Positions 60,537 through 64,000 of a stretch of DNA of 64,000 nt are shown here, in pieces. The notes below the pieces were generated by a model. It ran no database searches, had not been told where the DNA came from, and was given only the letters and a program-made list of their open reading frames with translations. Where the stretch lies: positions 1,472,001 through 1,536,000 of the forward strand of contig CBDBZU010000004.1 in the NCBI GenBank assembly GCA_965213625.1, written 5' to 3'. Position 1 is the stretch's first letter; each line of letters opens with the position of its first letter. The DNA is from a bacterium. Its GTDB lineage: Bacteria; UBA8248. The translations under genes and the position numbers were made by a program.

Positions 60537-61655
60537 ATGGATATCGACGAAGCAGTCGCGCTTACCCAGGACCGCCTCGTCCAAGAAGGCGGCACCATGG
60601 CTGAATTGCTCGGGCAATTTCGAAGCAGAATTTCTCCGACTCTTATCGGAGAGCGGGAGTGGGGGCGCATACTGGAACGTGCGAGCCGACTTCCCATTAC
60701 CATGGGCGCCCAGCCGTTCGGCTTCGAACTGCCTCTGCATGACAGTCGGCCGGCGGCGGATTTCGGCGTCTCGCTGGCGAGCGGAAACCGGTCAGGCGAT
60801 TTTTTCGAGGAGCGGGCGCGGACCGACGAGGCGGATAAAACTGCGAGAGCGGTCAGGCGGCTGTTCAGGGAAATGGAAGCCCAGGACTCGCCTCTGCGAG
60901 AGATTGTGGGACGTAAATTGATGCTGGAATATGACATAGATTCGGCGCCGGGAAGTAAAGATTCGCTGCCGGGAATGTTCCTGCGGCCCAACGAACGCAC
61001 GTTATCCGGTGGCGACGGCCTCCAGACCGATGTCGGAGTCGTGGTTGACGCCCTCGTTTCCTGCGTCGGCTGGGAAAAGATAGCCGCTGAACGGAAAAAC
61101 GCCGAACGGGTTTACCTGGCGCAGCCGGAAGACACGCGCCTGGATTCTTTCGGGATATTCCCCTCTCGCGAACGCACAATCCGCCTGGCGATCATGGGCT
61201 TCAAATCACAGGGGGATATTTGTTCCTATCTCGAGAACATTGGCTGGCCGGGTCGGCTCTCGGCCGTAGACGCTTTGATTTCACGCTTCAAGGAACGCGC
61301 GGATATTGTGAGAACCGGAGCGAATGTTGACGTGCAGGCGGACGGTGTCGGTCCGACGCTCGGCCTGACGCTCATCGTCAAGCAGAGATATACGAAAGAT
61401 TCACGTTACTGGCTCGACGGCCTGACCGATTGGGACCCCTTTCTCGACGCCCTGAGCCATGAGGACTTTGTCGTTCCGGAAAAGATTGAGGCGCTTGCCG
61501 ATTGGGTTTCGAAACCGACGACTCTGTTCGCCAGGACCGGGCAGTTTCTCATGTTGCGCGGCATTCACCACATAAAACTGGTCATTTCCGGAAATCGGCT
61601 CAGGCAAGCCAAGGCCTATGTTTACATGGTGCTTTCCGGGGCCCTCTCCATTTGA
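60537..61655 (+). CDS. Hypothetical RiPP-cluster protein
   Basis: AAGGAGG RBS directly after the YcaO stop. 372 aa. Motifs FGFELPL, LEYD, HIKL...KAY. Function not assignable. Confidence 0.75.
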   Translation: MDIDEAVALTQDRLVQEGGTMAELLGQFRSRISPTLIGEREWGRILERASRLPITMGAQPFGFELPLHDSRPAADFGVSLASGNRSGDFFEERARTDEADKTARAVRRLFREMEAQDSPLREIVGRKLMLEYDIDSAPGSKDSLPGMFLRPNERTLSGGDGLQTDVGVVVDALVSCVGWEKIAAERKNAERVYLAQPEDTRLDSFGIFPSRERTIRLAIMGFKSQGDICSYLENIGWPGRLSAVDALISRFKERADIVRTGANVDVQADGVGPTLGLTLIVKQRYTKDSRYWLDGLTDWDPFLDALSHEDFVVPEKIEALADWVSKPTTLFARTGQFLMLRGIHHIKLVISGNRLRQAKAYVYMVLSGALSI

Positions 61656-61674
61656 GAGCCGCTTTCGCAAGGCG

Positions 61675-61717
61675 AAGTAAAAATCCCCCCGCCGATGACG
61701 AGCGGGGGGTTTTACTT
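61675..61717. terminator. Bidirectional intrinsic terminator
   Basis: AAGTAAAAATCCCCCCGC-loop-GCGGGGGGTTTTACTT between the convergent operon and precursor gene. Confidence 0.82.
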
Positions 61718-61767
61718 GATAAGTCTTGCGGATGCGAGGCATCCGCGCGCCGGCAGGTGTTTCTGGT

Positions 61768-62019
61768 CTACCAGCAGCAGGAGAGGCCTGCCGAAACAGC
61801 TTCGAGTTGCTCCTCGGTGATGTGCGGGTCCGGGGGCAACGCAATATGCACTGTCTGCATGTCGCTCTCATGAATCTTGATATTCATTGATTCGGGCATC
61901 GTGATGCCCAATTCCTCACAGATGGTCGACTTCGGGTCTGCGAGTAGCTGTTGCCTGAAATCCGCGTCCAGGGCGGACTTATCGACAATCTGCTTCAACA
62001 TTTCATCGCCGCTTCTCAT
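61768..62019 (-). CDS. NHLP (nitrile-hydratase-like leader) RiPP precursor, predicted core LSCCW
   Basis: KSALDADFRQQLLADPK...IKIHES...HIALPP...ITEEQLEAVSAG|LSCCW. AGGGG RBS. Confidence 0.92.
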   Translation of the reverse strand: MRSGDEMLKQIVDKSALDADFRQQLLADPKSTICEELGITMPESMNIKIHESDMQTVHIALPPDPHITEEQLEAVSAGLSCCW

Positions 62020-62075
62020 GATACACCCCTTTGTATGGTTAGATGAACAATACAACCCATTCCTCAATAATATGG

Positions 62076-62105
62076 ATTTTATTCTTCGTTATTCTGCGAT
62101 GTCAA
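62076..62105 (-). promoter_or_regulatory. Sigma70 promoter of the precursor gene
   Basis: Minus-strand TTGACA (62100-62105), 18-nt spacer, TAAAAT (62076-62081). Confidence 0.65.
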
Positions 62106-62112
62106 TTTTTTT

Positions 62113-63524
62113 GGTCAAGTCCTGTAGATGCTGGATAATTTCTTTGGGCGCATATCGGCTGAGGGCTGCCTGATGTCGTTTTCCGCCTCGTAGTTCTGGT
62201 CCAGTTCCCTTCTGAGGGCGTCCATCTGGCGGCGCTCGAAGCCGGTGACCTTGAGCGCCCGCCATCGCTCGGAAGCCCGGATCATGGCGGCGAACATGAG
62301 CTTGAGCACCGGCTTCTCTCCGAAGGCGTTGGGGATGATTTTCATGCGCCGGCGCTCCTCGACGAACAAGCGTTCGAGCAGGTTCGTCGTGCGCACGGCC
62401 CGGCGGTGGTTGACGGGCGCTCGCAAGTGCGCGATGCAGGCTTCGAAGTCATCGCGGAAGCACGCCACGGCGCCGGGCAATTCGGACTCGTAGTCCCTGG
62501 CGAGCCCCTCGGCCAGTTCCCGGGCGATGGCGCGGGAGGGAGCCTGGTAGGCCGCCGTGGCCCGCGCCTTGAACTCCGGCCAGATGTCCTCGGGCGCCTT
62601 GGCCGCGAGGTTCCTCATCCGGTGCGCCAGGCAGCGTTGTCGCTCCGAGCGCGGGAAGCAGGTCTCGATCGCCTTGATGATGCCGGGCGCCCCGTCGCTG
62701 ACCACAACCAGCGGGTCGCCCAGGCCGCGGGCGCGCATGTCGTGGAAGAACGCGCTCACCGTCTCGGCGTCCTCCTTCGAACCCGCCATCAGATGCAGCA
62801 GGACCTTGGCGCCGTTCGCCGTGAATCCCCAGGCCGCCAATACCGGTTCGCGCTTGCTCCCCGGGCGGATACGTTCCGCAATCCCGTCGATGAACAGATA
62901 GACGACCTCGTATTCGCCCAGGTCCCGCGACGCGAACTCCTGGTAGTCCGCCCACAACCGCTCGCCGAGCTCCGAGACCGCCGTGCGCGAGAGCAGAAGA
63001 CGACCGCTCTCGTCGGTGAAGACGTCCTCGATGTCGCGCACCGACAGGCCGCGCGCCAATAGCTCCACCGCCAGCCCCTCGAGGGTCTCCGTGCGCCCCT
63101 TGAGGCCCTCCCGGATCTCCGAGCGGAACCCCTCCTCGCGCCCGGCAATCTGCGGCGCCGCGTACTCGACGAACCCTTCCGCCGTCTTCAGGCGACCCAG
63201 GCGGCGGCCGTTGCGATAGCCTTGGCCGGGCTTCGCGCCGTGTTCGTAGTACTCCCGGCCCAGAGCGTCTCGGCTCTCCGCCTCCAGCGCTTCTTCCACG
63301 ATGAGCCGCGTGGCGAGCTTCACCAGGTCGGCTCGCGCATCGGGACTCGACAGACGGCCTTCGATCAAGTCGGACAGGGATTGGCGAGTATGCATCGATG
63401 CCTGTATTCTCTTCTTCATGGGGTTGCCTCCTCGGTTGGATGCCGGCGCTTACCGGCACGGTTTTGTGATGCCTCCGCCGAGGATGCACCCCTCTAATTT
63501 TTCCAGCAAGTTTAGGACTTCACC
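62113..63524 (-). mobile_element. IS256-family insertion sequence (1412 bp)
   Basis: Imperfect IRs GGTCAAGTCCTGTAGATGCTGGA and TCCAGCAAGTTTAGGACTTCACC. 8-bp direct repeat ATTTTTTT at 62105-62112 and 63525-63532. Confidence 0.9.
62115..63419 (-). CDS. IS256-family (Mutator-like) transposase
   Basis: GYRNG, GLSVRDI, YLFIDG, VVSDGAPG, QRCLAHRMRN, RTTNLLER..E. Confidence 0.95.
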   Translation of the reverse strand: MKKRIQASMHTRQSLSDLIEGRLSSPDARADLVKLATRLIVEEALEAESRDALGREYYEHGAKPGQGYRNGRRLGRLKTAEGFVEYAAPQIAGREEGFRSEIREGLKGRTETLEGLAVELLARGLSVRDIEDVFTDESGRLLLSRTAVSELGERLWADYQEFASRDLGEYEVVYLFIDGIAERIRPGSKREPVLAAWGFTANGAKVLLHLMAGSKEDAETVSAFFHDMRARGLGDPLVVVSDGAPGIIKAIETCFPRSERQRCLAHRMRNLAAKAPEDIWPEFKARATAAYQAPSRAIARELAEGLARDYESELPGAVACFRDDFEACIAHLRAPVNHRRAVRTTNLLERLFVEERRRMKIIPNAFGEKPVLKLMFAAMIRASERWRALKVTGFERRQMDALRRELDQNYEAENDIRQPSADMRPKKLSSIYRT

Positions 63525-63925
63525 ATTTTTTTTTTAGTATTTCACTTAAATATTAATTTTTTAAAATACGATATCTCGTGAATAGGGAGTTGAGGAAACT
63601 ACCGTTAACTTTGTTGTATGGGTACCGGGAGTCAAGCGGTCCACCTGCCCGATTTTCAGAAAATTAGGCGATTACGGCCTGATTACGGGAGGGGGGTACG
63701 CCTGTTGCGGATAGGCCACTGTGCCTGACCTTGCCTACCGCGCCTGTCCACCCCCCCCCCGTGCCGAATACGCAAATTCGATTGCGTATCCCGCGGCAAG
63801 AAAGCTATGATGCCGCCGCCATCAAGCGCATCCGCACAATCACTGTTTCCCGGACGGTCTCCAGAGTCGATTGGAACCCGGCTCCGGGAATATAATATTG
63901 TCCTCGTTTTTTAGGGAGATGAATC

Positions 63926-64000
63926 ATGGAGAAAAGAACACTCGGACGCACGGGTTTGGAAGTCACGGTCATCGGGTTCGGCGCCATGACCATCGGGGGC
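63926..64000 (+). CDS. Aldo/keto reductase (5' end only, runs off the window)
   Basis: GGGAG RBS, then MEKRTLGRTGLEVTVIGFGAMTIGG, a typical AKR N-terminus. Confidence 0.85.
   Translation, partial: MEKRTLGRTGLEVTVIGFGAMTIGG

Noticed and set aside
62449-63489. 346-aa alternative-frame ORF inside IS256
   Set aside because: Arg/Gly/Pro-rich off-frame product of high GC3. The transposase frame is complete without it.

Overview
A GC-rich bacterial chromosome segment. The gene content is compatible with a marine sponge-associated heterotroph, but that is inference. Core and metabolic genes: Moco biosynthesis (moeA, moeA-PBP, moaA), tatA, rph-rdgB, four tRNAs, comM, msrA, RND and EmrAB efflux, a Liv-type ABC transporter, acyl-CoA and flavin monooxygenase catabolic genes, and two unrelated dehalogenases. 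Four things stand out. (1) An NHLP/proteusin-type RiPP cluster at ~52.9-62.0 kb encodes a precursor ending in the 5-residue core LSCCW, an E1-YcaO cyclodehydratase and an unknown protein. It also encodes two odd fusions: an NHLP leader joined to a class II terpene-cyclase-like domain, and an AlkB-type diiron oxidase joined to a degenerate GlnE nucleotidyltransferase. The cluster is truncated on the left and has an IS256 just upstream of the precursor promoter. (2) Two selenoprotein genes were split by the ORF caller: an AhpD/CMD-like CxxU protein and SelD, each with a SECIS-like hairpin. (3) A complete 2.7-kb IS1-family transporter IS with terminal inverted repeats and an 8-bp target duplication carries a Panacea antitoxin and a candidate membrane toxin. 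(4) An LLM monooxygenase is tandemly duplicated together with a copy of the comM 3' end. No CRISPR array or rRNA was seen.
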